Virus record (IMG/VR): IMGVR_UViG_3300028394_000001
Coordinates: 96,001-160,000 of that record
Origin: a virus
Strand: one strand, 5' to 3'
DNA length: 64,000 nt
Shown: piece by piece, positions 1-9,143 of the stretch
Layout: the number at the start of each line of letters is the position of its first letter
Numbering within the stretch: the stretch's first letter is position 1
Notes under the pieces: model-generated
What the model saw: only the letters and a program-made list of their open reading frames with translations
Database searches by the model: none
Told to the model about the DNA's origin: nothing
Translations under genes and position numbers: made by a program

Positions 1-277
1 ATATTTCTGGTGTTTATCCCACAGCAGAATTAGCACAGGTTCGTGTCGATTTCATGCTAACTGATGGGATGGACTTGGTATGGTATGACGAAGTAAAGGT
101 TGGCCCTGATGGTGCTGATTGTATGCTTTGCAATCGTTAATTTTATATTTGGAGAACAGGCATGAAAGAGTTTGGATTTTTTCTTGAAGCGTATCGCTTT
201 TGTATAACGGCAGGTATTCCGACAACGAATATTGCACGCCGTGATTGGAAAACTTGGACTGTGAAAGTGATTGTAAA

Positions 278-502
278 ATGAAAATGGATATATCTACTAC
301 TATTGGTGCCTTTGTTGCCTTGGTGATATTTGCTATCGTCCTTGGTTTCCTGCTGAGTTGGCCAATAATGTGGTTGTGGAATAATGCACTGGTTGGTGCC
401 GTTGATGGTGTCAACGAAATTGGTTGGTTGCAGGCCTGGGGTATTAACATTCTCTCCGGTTTCTTGCTCAAGAGCTCATTGACCCACAAAACCAAAGAAT
501 GA
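278..502 (+). CDS. small membrane protein
   Basis: Hydrophobic ORF in the early-gene run; ATG at 278 preferred over TTG at 245. Confidence 0.6.
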   Translation: MKMDISTTIGAFVALVIFAIVLGFLLSWPIMWLWNNALVGAVDGVNEIGWLQAWGINILSGFLLKSSLTHKTKE

Positions 503-618
503 TATTCTTAGGCACTGTACTGGCGGTTTTGTTCGCATTGGAACTGACCATAGGCGTTTTAATTACGATTTTGATACGCCGCTATGGTGTCTATAGGGAT
601 TTTATTTACTCAGCATAA
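499..618 (+). CDS. 39-aa membrane peptide (MIFLGTVLAVLFALELTIGVLITILIRRYG...), not in the ORF track
   Basis: ATGA overlap with the upstream stop; a single TM segment; fills the gap to the next gene. Confidence 0.5.
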   Translation: MIFLGTVLAVLFALELTIGVLITILIRRYGVYRDFIYSA

Positions 619-627
619 GGATAATAT

Positions 628-1470
628 ATGAAAGTGGCATTGTGTAGTGATTTGCATTTGGAATTTCAGGACATTAACATTCAGAATACTGAGGGTGCAG
701 ATGTTTTGATTCTATCTGGTGATATTCTTGTCGCCGAGGACCTGCACAACCACCCGGAAATCCATCCAATGGATCCTGTGAATATTCCTAATTTGGGTCG
801 CAGGCAAGCAATAGCTTTGCGTTTCCGTGACTTTATCAAGCGTTGTAGTTTTCAATTTCCTCATGTTGTGGTAATTGCAGGCAATCATGAATTCTATCAT
901 GGCCGGTGGAAAGGTACTATTCAACACCTGCGGGATGAATACAGTAAGTTTCCAAATGTGTATTTTCTGGAACAGGACTTCAAGGTTATTGATGATGTTA
1001 CATTCATTGGTGGTACACTATGGACCGATTGCAATAATGGTGACCCCTTGACAATCAATGCATTATCTGGTATGATGAATGACTTTAGGGTTATCCGCAA
1101 TGATGAGAAAGCTTATATAAAGTTGAAGCCTGAGAACACCGTATTCAGGCACCGACAGACCGTTGGTTATTTCAAAACAGTATTGGCTGACAGAAAAGAT
1201 AGTAAAGTGGTTGTTGTCGGACACCATGCACCGACATTTAATAGTGTGCATGAAAAATACCGTAATGAGCAATTGATGAATGGTGGTTATGCTAGTGACC
1301 TGAGTGAATTTATCTTGGATAATCCACAGATTGTATTGTGGACCCATGGTCATATGCATGATCCTTGTGATTACATGGTTGGTACCACCCGTGTTGTTTG
1401 TAACCCCCGCGGTTATGCAGGACATGATGCACAGGCCGATGTATTTCAAGTGAAGTTTTTGGAGATTTGA
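628..1470 (+). CDS. calcineurin-like metallophosphoesterase
   Basis: Motifs SDLHLE, GDI, GNHE, GHH, HGHMH, NPRGY; SD AAGGA. Confidence 0.9.
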   Translation: MKVALCSDLHLEFQDINIQNTEGADVLILSGDILVAEDLHNHPEIHPMDPVNIPNLGRRQAIALRFRDFIKRCSFQFPHVVVIAGNHEFYHGRWKGTIQHLRDEYSKFPNVYFLEQDFKVIDDVTFIGGTLWTDCNNGDPLTINALSGMMNDFRVIRNDEKAYIKLKPENTVFRHRQTVGYFKTVLADRKDSKVVVVGHHAPTFNSVHEKYRNEQLMNGGYASDLSEFILDNPQIVLWTHGHMHDPCDYMVGTTRVVCNPRGYAGHDAQADVFQVKFLEI

Positions 1471-1817
1471 TAATGAGTTTAGATGTTGATTTGATGGTGA
1501 TGCAACCTGTATCTGTTTACAGTAGAAACATCACACATAATTTGAATGTAATGGCTAGTCAGGTTGTGGTCGGTGAAAACAATCTCACCCTCTATGACAT
1601 TCTATGGCAGCCCGAAGAACATGGGTTTACCCATGCTCGGATGATTGTTGATTACTTGGATGAAGGATGGAACATTCTAATGTCTGATCCAGAATTCTTC
1701 AAGCAATTTGATCCAGAGAATGGTTGGGGTTCTTATGAAGGACTATGTGATTTTGTATACACATACAGAAACGCTTGTAGAGACAATATGGAAGCAGAAT
1801 TGGAGGTGAGTAAATGA
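1470..1817 (+). CDS. conserved phage hypothetical protein
   Basis: MSLDV...NITHNL...PENGWGSYEG motif common in phages; coupled to neighbours. Confidence 0.7.
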   Translation: MMSLDVDLMVMQPVSVYSRNITHNLNVMASQVVVGENNLTLYDILWQPEEHGFTHARMIVDYLDEGWNILMSDPEFFKQFDPENGWGSYEGLCDFVYTYRNACRDNMEAELEVSK

Positions 1818-2032
1818 AAACAATTGAATTAAGTGCGGAAGTTGCTGATGGTATTACCTTGTCTAATCTCAAAGAACACCGAGAATATCTCGCTAATGGA
1901 TTGCAAAAATGGAAGGACAACCCTAAGTCAGATTCCAATCCGAATGGTTATTGGATGCATCCAGAAGATGTGCTAGGTGATGCGGTAATCATCAAAGCTT
2001 TAGATACTGTTATCAGTTATTACGGAGGTTAA
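1814..2032 (+). CDS. hypothetical protein
   Basis: SD GGAGG, ATGA overlap. Confidence 0.7.
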   Translation: MKTIELSAEVADGITLSNLKEHREYLANGLQKWKDNPKSDSNPNGYWMHPEDVLGDAVIIKALDTVISYYGG

Positions 2033-2428
2033 ATGATTGATTGTTTGATTCTTGGTGATAGTATTGCAGTTGGCACACAGCAATTTCGGCCTAGGTGTAT
2101 TGCATATGCAGAAGGTGGTATCAATAGTTCTCAATGGAACAAACGGAATGCGAATAAGAATCTGAATGCTAATACAGTCATTATCAGCCTAGGGTCAAAT
2201 GACCATGAGGGTGTTAGGACGCTGTGGGAACTACAGCAATTAAGGACTAAGGTCAATGCTGAACGAGTGTTTTGGATACTGCCTGCAATCAAACCTGATG
2301 TTCAGAAGATGGTTGAATTGGTAGCAAAAGACCACGGAGATATTGTATTACCAATTGAAAAACTTGCGAAAGACAAAATACATCCAAGTTGGTCGGGTTA
2401 TAGGAAACTAGCAGAGGAAACAAGATGA
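2033..2428 (+). CDS. SGNH/GDSL hydrolase-like protein
   Basis: GDSIA block I, GSND block III, DKIHP (DxxH) block V. Confidence 0.75.
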   Translation: MIDCLILGDSIAVGTQQFRPRCIAYAEGGINSSQWNKRNANKNLNANTVIISLGSNDHEGVRTLWELQQLRTKVNAERVFWILPAIKPDVQKMVELVAKDHGDIVLPIEKLAKDKIHPSWSGYRKLAEETR

Positions 2429-2646
2429 TTGAAATTTTTATACCGGTACTATTCATGTGCCTAAATGGCAACTGCAATTTTATGCAGGCGCAAACACATT
2501 ATAAGAGTGAAGTACAATGCAGAGCATCTATCGATACACAAAAGAAAGTGATGATTCAAAATGCCGAGAAATCAGGATTTCCTATTGAGACATTGGAAGG
2601 CACCTGTATCAATGCAAAAGTGGACGGCCTAAAAGGACAAGTCTAA
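2425..2646 (+). CDS. small 4-Cys exported/membrane-anchored protein
   Basis: Hydrophobic N-terminus; C..C..C..C pattern shared with 9144..9647. Confidence 0.65.
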   Translation: MIEIFIPVLFMCLNGNCNFMQAQTHYKSEVQCRASIDTQKKVMIQNAEKSGFPIETLEGTCINAKVDGLKGQV

Positions 2647-2647
2647 C

Positions 2648-2713
2648 TGTTGTATAAAAACAACAAAAATCACAACTGTGGTTGCTTGACATTTCTGCCA
2701 GTCCTGATATAAT
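2648..2713 (+). promoter_or_regulatory. early sigma70-type promoter with upstream palindrome TGTTG-N8-CAACA
   Basis: TTGACA 2686-2691, 16-nt spacer, TGn-TATAAT 2708-2713; palindrome 2648-2665. Confidence 0.8.
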
Positions 2714-2745
2714 AGACTCTTAATTGATACACAACTGGAGATTTT

Positions 2746-3612
2746 ATGTCTAATATTTTCACTATCGGCGACAAGTTTGCAGCTATTATCGACGGCAAGA
2801 CCGTCAAGCGTTCCAACCGCCGTGCTTTAGAGCGTATGCTCAAGCGTACCGATGCGGCAGAACCTGTCGTTGAATCTAAATTCACAATCAACCAGCGTTT
2901 TGGTTTTGTGAAAGATATGGTCACTATGCTCGCTAACGGCGACCAAGCGTCCGTTGTTGTTACTGGTCCTGGTGGTCTCGGTAAATCTCATACTGTGTCG
3001 GCTGCTTTGCGTGACGCCGGTTTCAATGATGTATCTGTGCTCGATGAGCTCGATGTTGGCGACAATATCCCCAAGAATTCATATCGTGTTATCAAAGGTT
3101 ACTCTACACCTAAAGGTCTGTATCGCGTCCTGTATGAGAACCGCAATTCGGTTATCGTGTTCGATGATTGTGACTCTGTGCTCAAGGATCCTGTGTCCTT
3201 GAATCTGCTCAAAGCTGCTCTCGATTCTTACTCTCGCCGTATCATTTCTTGGCGTGCAGATATTAAAGATGAAGACCTGCCTAATGTCTTTGAATTCAAA
3301 GGCCGCGTGGTGTTTATCTCTAACCTGTCCTCAGGTTCTATGGACCAAGCAATCATCACTCGGTCGCTTGCTGTTGACCTGACTATGACTGCTAAGCAGA
3401 AGGTCGAGCGTATGCGTTTCCTGTTGACTCAAGCAGACTTCATGGAAGATTTTGCTATGACTCACAAGTCGGATGCAATGGAGCTGATTGATACTCTGTG
3501 TGAGAAAATCAAAGAATTGTCCTTGCGTACTCTTATGCAAGTGATTAAGATTCGGAAATCTAATCCGAATGGTAAGTGGAAAGAATTGGCGGAATACGCT
3601 ATCTGCGGTTAA
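2746..3612 (+). CDS. P-loop AAA-type ATPase
   Basis: Walker A GPGGLGKS, Walker B IVFDDCD, sensor FISN; SD GGAG. Confidence 0.85.
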   Translation: MSNIFTIGDKFAAIIDGKTVKRSNRRALERMLKRTDAAEPVVESKFTINQRFGFVKDMVTMLANGDQASVVVTGPGGLGKSHTVSAALRDAGFNDVSVLDELDVGDNIPKNSYRVIKGYSTPKGLYRVLYENRNSVIVFDDCDSVLKDPVSLNLLKAALDSYSRRIISWRADIKDEDLPNVFEFKGRVVFISNLSSGSMDQAIITRSLAVDLTMTAKQKVERMRFLLTQADFMEDFAMTHKSDAMELIDTLCEKIKELSLRTLMQVIKIRKSNPNGKWKELAEYAICG

Positions 3613-3624
3613 TAGGAGTTTATT

Positions 3625-3801
3625 ATGACTGACGATAAGAAAGATGAAATGTTCGATTTCCTGGACGCTGTCCGAGAATCTGGTGCCGTCAATATGTTTG
3701 AGGGTGCCAAATTGATCCAATATGAATATGGACTCAGCCGGTATGAAGCTCGAGACATTCTAGTGGAGTGGATGAAAACATACCCTAGGACTGTTGCCTA
3801 A
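3625..3801 (+). CDS. 58-aa conserved phage protein (MTDDKKDEMFDFLDAVRESGAVNMF...), not in the ORF track
   Basis: SD AGGAG; RESGxxNMF motif recurrent in phage small proteins. Confidence 0.7.
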   Translation: MTDDKKDEMFDFLDAVRESGAVNMFEGAKLIQYEYGLSRYEARDILVEWMKTYPRTVA

Positions 3802-3844
3802 AAACAACACATACCATTGACATTTATGCCGAATAGTGTATAAT
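3792..3844 (+). promoter_or_regulatory. early sigma70-type promoter with upstream palindrome TGTTG-N8-CAACA
   Basis: Palindrome 3792-3809, TTGACA 3817-3822, 16-nt spacer, TATAAT 3839-3844. Confidence 0.8.
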
Positions 3845-3874
3845 ACCACTATTGACTCAGTAAATAGGATTTTT

Positions 3875-4123
3875 ATGCGTACTAAACAAATTGTTCCCGG
3901 TTTCAAAAACAAACAGCGGGTTCGTGCTATCGTCAATGGTGTTGGTTATATTACAACAATTCAAGACCTTGTGTGTGGTCCTTTCAGCACACAAACTACA
4001 GCATTGCTGAATGTCCTGCACATAATGAAAAATGAAAACTGTGGCGGTGTTGGTACTACAATACGAACATTCGACCATGAAATGAAAGAGCATTCATTTC
4101 AAATTCAATTAAACTTGATATGA
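3875..4123 (+). CDS. hypothetical early protein
   Basis: ATG at 3875 after SD AGGA, downstream of the promoter. Confidence 0.65.
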   Translation: MRTKQIVPGFKNKQRVRAIVNGVGYITTIQDLVCGPFSTQTTALLNVLHIMKNENCGGVGTTIRTFDHEMKEHSFQIQLNLI

Positions 4124-4458
4124 GAAAACCAATTTCAGATATTGACCAGGTGCTTATTGCAAGTAACCTGATTGCTTGTGCAACCCAAGATATTGAATTT
4201 ATGACCAAAAGGTCGTATGATTTTATTTCCAATAGAGTTGGATTTACTAAACACACTGACCGTGAAACTTTCATTAAGGTTTATAAATTACCAATAGATT
4301 TAGCCTGTGATATTTTGGATCTTCGAACATTTAATCAATATGAGCATGTTCAACCCGGTGATTTGAATTACGAATACTATATGTCAGTTCGTAAGGTTTA
4401 CAATGCTATCGTTGAAGGTATTATGAGTTATGTATCACATTTTGAAAGAAACAACTAA
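4120..4458 (+). CDS. hypothetical protein
   Basis: Coupled ORF. Confidence 0.65.
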   Translation: MRKPISDIDQVLIASNLIACATQDIEFMTKRSYDFISNRVGFTKHTDRETFIKVYKLPIDLACDILDLRTFNQYEHVQPGDLNYEYYMSVRKVYNAIVEGIMSYVSHFERNN

Positions 4459-4642
4459 TTGGAAAATGGCCGGTTCGGCCTGCAACCATGTATATCTGTT
4501 TGAAGATAAACCTAAAGGTAAAACCGTGAAGGCTGTAGGTTACATTCGGCAAGATAGTGATGAGGTAGCATTTTTCAAAAATGGTTTGACAATGAACCTG
4601 AAGAACAGGACCTTTGTCGAGGTAAAAAAGGTGAAGATATGA
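4430..4642 (+). CDS. hypothetical protein
   Basis: Coupled ORF; LKETT.W...NH.Y...R.F motif seen in phage small proteins. Confidence 0.6.
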   Translation: MYHILKETTNWKMAGSACNHVYLFEDKPKGKTVKAVGYIRQDSDEVAFFKNGLTMNLKNRTFVEVKKVKI

Positions 4643-4914
4643 ACGAACGAATTAAAGAACTGGCTCTACAGGCTAACATAGATTTCATTTATGATCCAAC
4701 AGAAACGCCAATGAGGGCATTTGCTGAATGTTGGGAAGATGAACTGGAAAAGTTCGCCGAGTTGATTATACAGGAATGTATCAGCATTGTGGAAGAACAG
4801 AAAGAATGTCTGTGTGAAGAACAGCAATACTGGTCCGACCATGACTATGGATACGAAATGGCTGTGAATGATGCCAGCAAGGGTATCAAACAATTTTTCG
4901 GAGTTGAAGAATGA
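4639..4914 (+). CDS. MNERI-family small protein, copy 1
   Basis: MNERIKEL...KFAELIIQECI...FGVEE; paralog of 5174..5401. Confidence 0.75.
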   Translation: MNERIKELALQANIDFIYDPTETPMRAFAECWEDELEKFAELIIQECISIVEEQKECLCEEQQYWSDHDYGYEMAVNDASKGIKQFFGVEE

Positions 4915-5177
4915 AAGTTAAACTGACTATTGAACTTGAGTTGCCCGATGAAACTCCAGGAATGCTAAAAGCACAACAAGAAGATTTGGGACAGTTGTTG
5001 TTTGATGTATATATCAACTATGCTACTTTAAGACATTTTCGGGATTCGCTAGAATGGTGTGCTAGGGGCAAAGTCGGTTCTGACAATGAAGATCCCAGAG
5101 CAAAACTAATCTACCAACACCACGACACTTGGGGTAAGATTTGCCAAAACGCCAAATGGGATTTTGAGGTAGTATGA
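4911..5177 (+). CDS. hypothetical protein
   Basis: ATGA-coupled ORF. Confidence 0.65.
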   Translation: MKVKLTIELELPDETPGMLKAQQEDLGQLLFDVYINYATLRHFRDSLEWCARGKVGSDNEDPRAKLIYQHHDTWGKICQNAKWDFEVV

Positions 5178-5401
5178 TGAACGAACGAATTCGAGAACTT
5201 TGGCGTGACTGTGTGTTGAAACATACAAAGGATCCTATGAACTGGCAGACAGTCGCCGATGAATTCGCCGAGTTGATTGTTAGGGAATGTATTGAGATAG
5301 TTGAATACAAAGGTCGCAAGATTGGGACAAAACATCCGGTTGGGTTCAATCTCATGGATGCTGCATGGGATATAAAAGAACATTTTGGAGTTGAAGAATG
5401 A
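5174..5401 (+). CDS. MNERI-family small protein, copy 2
   Basis: MNERIREL...EFAELIVRECI...HFGVEE. Confidence 0.75.
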   Translation: MMNERIRELWRDCVLKHTKDPMNWQTVADEFAELIVRECIEIVEYKGRKIGTKHPVGFNLMDAAWDIKEHFGVEE

Positions 5402-5529
5402 GTGAGAAGCAATACACCCACAGCTTCACTCGCAAAATTGTGGGTTTCGTTTATTGTGCTCATTGTGGTCTGATACGGTTAAACAATGATGCAACATTTA
5501 AGTTAGTTAGAACAAGTTGTCCGAGGTAA
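5398..5529 (+). CDS. 43-aa putative Zn-binding protein (H..CAHC..C), not in the ORF track
   Basis: ATGA overlap; MSEKQYTHSF...YCAHCGLIRLNN...SCPR. Confidence 0.55.
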   Translation: MSEKQYTHSFTRKIVGFVYCAHCGLIRLNNDATFKLVRTSCPR

Positions 5530-5531
5530 TT

Positions 5532-6077
5532 ATGAATTATTTGTATATGTTAGTTGGTGTTCCAGGTTCAGGTAAATCTACTTGGGCTAAACAACAAAAA
5601 TGGTCTAATTCTCCTAATCCCTGTAGTTATATTTCTACAGACAAACACATTGATAGGTGGGCTGAAGAACTAGGTCGAGATTATACTGATATTTTCTCTA
5701 CTTTCATGCCAGCAGCCGTAGAGTTGATGACTTGTGAAGTTATCTATGCTCGCGAAAACAACCAAGATATTATTTGGGATCAAACCTCCACTACTGTGTA
5801 CAGTCGGCGTAAAAAGTTTGATATGTTGCCTGATTACTATGCTATCGCTGTGGTATTTCCTACACCTGACCGGTTGGAACTGAATGAAAGACTCAAACTT
5901 CGGCGAGGTAAAATTATTCCTGTGGATGTAATTGATAATATGATCCAAGGATATGAACCTCCTACATTGAAGGAAGGTTTTAAGGAAATCTGGACATGGA
6001 AAGAAACCACTACAGCACCTATGTTCAATCAAGGACACCGCCATCCTATACTGAGTTTCGATATTGTCAAGGGCTGA
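5532..6077 (+). CDS. AAA_33-type P-loop kinase (polynucleotide-kinase-like)
   Basis: GVPGSGKSTW, ISTD, IIWDQT, EPPTLKEGF; SD GAGG favours ATG 5532. Confidence 0.8.
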   Translation: MNYLYMLVGVPGSGKSTWAKQQKWSNSPNPCSYISTDKHIDRWAEELGRDYTDIFSTFMPAAVELMTCEVIYARENNQDIIWDQTSTTVYSRRKKFDMLPDYYAIAVVFPTPDRLELNERLKLRRGKIIPVDVIDNMIQGYEPPTLKEGFKEIWTWKETTTAPMFNQGHRHPILSFDIVKG

Positions 6078-6091
6078 AACCAAAAAAGTGC

Positions 6092-6120
6092 TTGACATAT
6101 ACCACAAAGTGGTGTATAAT
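6092..6120 (+). promoter_or_regulatory. consensus sigma70 promoter with an inverted repeat in the spacer
   Basis: TTGACA-17-TATAAT; A-tract upstream; ACCAC-aaa-GTGGT in the spacer. Confidence 0.85.
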
Positions 6121-6142
6121 GTAATTTTTAACTGGAGATTGT

Positions 6143-6292
6143 ATGGCAAGGATGAAAGATGTTTATGCAGAGATTCAAGACATGGCTGATAATGGCTATG
6201 ATACTGATGAAATTGCATTGATGTTGGAAGTTGATATTAAACAAGTGCAGGCTACATTGGGTCTGACAGTAGATGGAGAAAATGATGAATAA
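6143..6292 (+). CDS. 49-aa acidic HTH-like protein (MARMKDVYAEIQDMADNGYDTDEIALML...), not in the ORF track
   Basis: SD GGAG directly after the promoter; G-Y-x-x-x-E-I-A-x-x-L HTH-like pattern. Confidence 0.6.
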   Translation: MARMKDVYAEIQDMADNGYDTDEIALMLEVDIKQVQATLGLTVDGENDE

Positions 6293-7460
6293 GAATCAAA
6301 AAGAGTTTATTGCAGCAGCTACACAAAAGTATGGTGTCGGTGCAATTATTTCCCGTGACCAAATTTCTGATGTTGTAGAAGAATCTGGTTGCACCTATCC
6401 CTTCTGGTTGGTAACTAAGACTGAACACCGTGCAGGTCGTGGTCAGTATATTGTTCCCTACATTGCAGGTCTTGTACCTGTGAAAGCAAAAGAACCTGAA
6501 CCTGAACTTGCTACTGTTGACATGGCAGTTGGTCAAGTCCTTTCATTTCGCCAACCTAAACTGGTTGATGAATCTGACACCTCTATTCCCGTAAAGTATC
6601 CTGATTATGTCCCTTTTGGTTTCTTTAAAGACCTTCGCAATATTGTTAAGTCTTCTATGTTTTATCCCGTGTTCGTTACTGGTCATTCTGGCAACGGCAA
6701 AACACTTATGGTTGAACAAGTATGCGCTGAGCTCCAGCGTGAGTGCATCCGTGTTAACATTTCTATTGAAACTGATGAATCAGACCTGTTGGGTGGTCCT
6801 ACTCTTGTCAACGGCAATGTCGTCAACCGTGATGGTCCTGTCATTATTGCTATGAAACGTGGTGCAGTCCTTCTAATCGATGAAGTTGACCGTGGTTCAA
6901 ACAAACTAATGTGCTTGCAAGGTATTCTTGAAGGCAAACCTTATTACAACAAAAAATCTGGTGAGTTGGTACATCCTAAAACCGGTTTCAATATCATTGC
7001 TACTGCAAACACCAAAGGTCGTGGTTCAGATGAAGGTAAGTATCTGTCACAAATTCTTGATGATGCATTCCTTGAACGCTTTCCTATTACAGTCGAACAG
7101 GACTATCCTGATGTTAAGACTGAAACAAAGATTCTGAAGCCTTTGATTGCTGAAGAAGATTTCGTTACCTGCTTGGTTACATGGGCTGATACAGTTCGTA
7201 AGACATTCAAAGAGGGTGGTACAGATGAAATCATTTCTACTCGCCGTTTGGTCCACATTGCACGAGCATATACGATTTTCAATGACCGCATGAAGGCTAT
7301 TACACTCTGTGTTAATCGTTTCGATGAAGAAACTAAGACTGCATTCCTTGACCTGTATAGCAAAGTCGATGCAAAAGTCCATGCACCTGAACCAGTGCCA
7401 GATCCGGCGCCTGCAAAACCAATTGCACCGGCACCTGATGATGAAGAAATTCCCTTTTAA
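6282..7460 (+). CDS. cobS: MoxR/CobS-like AAA+ ATPase
   Basis: GHSGNGKT, LLIDEVD, ATANTKG, AFLERF, ISTRRL; typical of T4-like aquatic phages; start 6273-6285 uncertain. Confidence 0.85.
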   Translation: MMNKNQKEFIAAATQKYGVGAIISRDQISDVVEESGCTYPFWLVTKTEHRAGRGQYIVPYIAGLVPVKAKEPEPELATVDMAVGQVLSFRQPKLVDESDTSIPVKYPDYVPFGFFKDLRNIVKSSMFYPVFVTGHSGNGKTLMVEQVCAELQRECIRVNISIETDESDLLGGPTLVNGNVVNRDGPVIIAMKRGAVLLIDEVDRGSNKLMCLQGILEGKPYYNKKSGELVHPKTGFNIIATANTKGRGSDEGKYLSQILDDAFLERFPITVEQDYPDVKTETKILKPLIAEEDFVTCLVTWADTVRKTFKEGGTDEIISTRRLVHIARAYTIFNDRMKAITLCVNRFDEETKTAFLDLYSKVDAKVHAPEPVPDPAPAKPIAPAPDDEEIPF

Positions 7461-7475
7461 TTGAAAGAATATATT

Positions 7476-7829
7476 ATGGCTACAAAACTTAAAGTACGCA
7501 CTGGCAAACAAAATCGCCACGAAAAAATCGCAGTTGTGATGTTGTCAGGCCTGCCTGTATCACCAGATAATATTAAGGCCTGTTTCAAGGGCACCGACCA
7601 AGAGGCAGTCCTGTATCGGTTGCCGACTAATATATACAATATCCGTCGTGATGGAGGCGTGATTAAAGTGTTCAAGACAGGTCGTAATGTCACTGCTTAT
7701 CAACTAATGAATCGTAACGAGTTTAATGCAGAAGGACGATACATTGGTCGACCTACTACTGTGACACCTGTTACTGAAAGAGAAAATATCGTAACGCAAA
7801 TTGTAACGGAAGAATTGGAGACTGCATGA
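7476..7829 (+). CDS. hypothetical protein, possibly winged-helix
   Basis: ATG at 7476; basic, helix-turn-helix plus wing-like pattern. Confidence 0.6.
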   Translation: MATKLKVRTGKQNRHEKIAVVMLSGLPVSPDNIKACFKGTDQEAVLYRLPTNIYNIRRDGGVIKVFKTGRNVTAYQLMNRNEFNAEGRYIGRPTTVTPVTERENIVTQIVTEELETA

Positions 7830-8062
7830 GTGGATGGAGAAAACGGCAGATTGCCGACAAGATTGAAGATGATACGACCAATTCGAGGAGTATCTCGCAA
7901 TGGTATATTGAAAACAATGTAGAGATTACCTGGTATGTACTTGGCATCTTAACAATGTCTGTGATGGATTCCTTAATCAAGCGTCAATATTCGGCAGCAG
8001 GATTTATTTTTGTCCTTATGGTTGCTAACTATCTACTACGAAAACATGGATTCCGTAAATGA
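7826..8062 (+). CDS. small membrane protein
   Basis: Two hydrophobic segments. Confidence 0.6.
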   Translation: MSGWRKRQIADKIEDDTTNSRSISQWYIENNVEITWYVLGILTMSVMDSLIKRQYSAAGFIFVLMVANYLLRKHGFRK

Positions 8063-8289
8063 AAAAAAGAGACCGCAAAAACCTACATTACCTATTGAGT
8101 TTGGATGAAATGACACTACTTGCGTGGTGGCTGTCAGCCCCTATGCCGGACAAAGAATATGCAACCGAACTTTTGAAAATGTACAGCGAAGAGCTTGACA
8201 ACCGTAAGATTTTGTGTTATGATGGTCCCGAGGACGGGGATTTTGCCCAGGCAAATGACCTAATCAATAGTATTAAGAGTAAATTGTAA
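8059..8289 (+). CDS. hypothetical protein
   Basis: Coupled ORF. Confidence 0.65.
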   Translation: MKKRDRKNLHYLLSLDEMTLLAWWLSAPMPDKEYATELLKMYSEELDNRKILCYDGPEDGDFAQANDLINSIKSKL

Positions 8290-8300
8290 ATAGAGGATAT

Positions 8301-8558
8301 ATGATGAATCGTAAATGGTTTGAAGAATTGCTAACTGACCAAGTTGTGACAGTGGCTTTTGTTAAGAAAGATGGAACTGAACGCAATATGCGTTGTACAC
8401 TTATGCCTGAATGGATGCCTGATACAGCGGTGCCTGCTCGTGAGGGAACTACTCAGCGTGCTAAATCTGAAAAATCGGTTTCTGTGTATGACCTAGATAT
8501 TAACAGCTGGCGTGCATTCAGTATTGAATCTGTTAAGTCGATTACATTCGGAGCATAA
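8301..8558 (+). CDS. WYL_2/Sm-like SH3-barrel protein
   Basis: V.F.KKDGT.R.M.CTL...V.VYDLD...WRAF signature. Confidence 0.75.
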   Translation: MMNRKWFEELLTDQVVTVAFVKKDGTERNMRCTLMPEWMPDTAVPAREGTTQRAKSEKSVSVYDLDINSWRAFSIESVKSITFGA

Positions 8559-8560
8559 TC

Positions 8561-8794
8561 ATGCCTTATGTTAGTGTTGATGTTGATGTTGAATTAGATG
8601 ATTTCGATAATGAAGATATTGTTGATTATATGGAGCGTCAAGGTTATGAAGTATCTAAAACTATTGCTGTTGTCGGTGACCTAGGTGATCCAAAAGAAGA
8701 ATTGCGTTTGATTTGGGAAGCAATGTATCTAGGTAAACCTTATGATGCAATGGTTCGAAAGTTTGTTAGTGACCATACTGGTCGTTTTTTGTGA
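8561..8794 (+). CDS. acidic hypothetical protein
   Basis: SD GGAG; VDVELDDFD motif. Confidence 0.65.
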   Translation: MPYVSVDVDVELDDFDNEDIVDYMERQGYEVSKTIAVVGDLGDPKEELRLIWEAMYLGKPYDAMVRKFVSDHTGRFL

Positions 8795-8808
8795 AAAGTG
8801 AGTATATT

Positions 8809-9141
8809 ATGAAAGTTAAATTATTGTCGGCTATTGCTGCTGTTGTCCTTGTTACCGGCTGTTCTACAGCACATAAAACAGCATGGGAAGTAAGTGTACC
8901 TGCAAAACAACCAGATGCACCTACTGTTATTGTTAACATGCCTAAACCTGTTGAAACAGATACCTACAAGTTGCAAAACTATAAAGGTCCTGAAGCAATG
9001 GACTCTAACGAACTAGCAATGCATTCCCGTGAATGTGTTCTTTCTAAATTGCGTCCTCGCGTGACCTATGTTTCTGTCCGTGCAGAAGCAGGTAAGATTT
9101 TGGTGCCTGTGTCTGTTAACTGCGAACCTTACATCCAATAA
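8809..9141 (+). CDS. lipoprotein
   Basis: MKVKLLSAIAAVVLVTG-C: type II signal peptide/lipobox. Confidence 0.7.
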   Translation: MKVKLLSAIAAVVLVTGCSTAHKTAWEVSVPAKQPDAPTVIVNMPKPVETDTYKLQNYKGPEAMDSNELAMHSRECVLSKLRPRVTYVSVRAEAGKILVPVSVNCEPYIQ

Positions 9142-9143
9142 AA

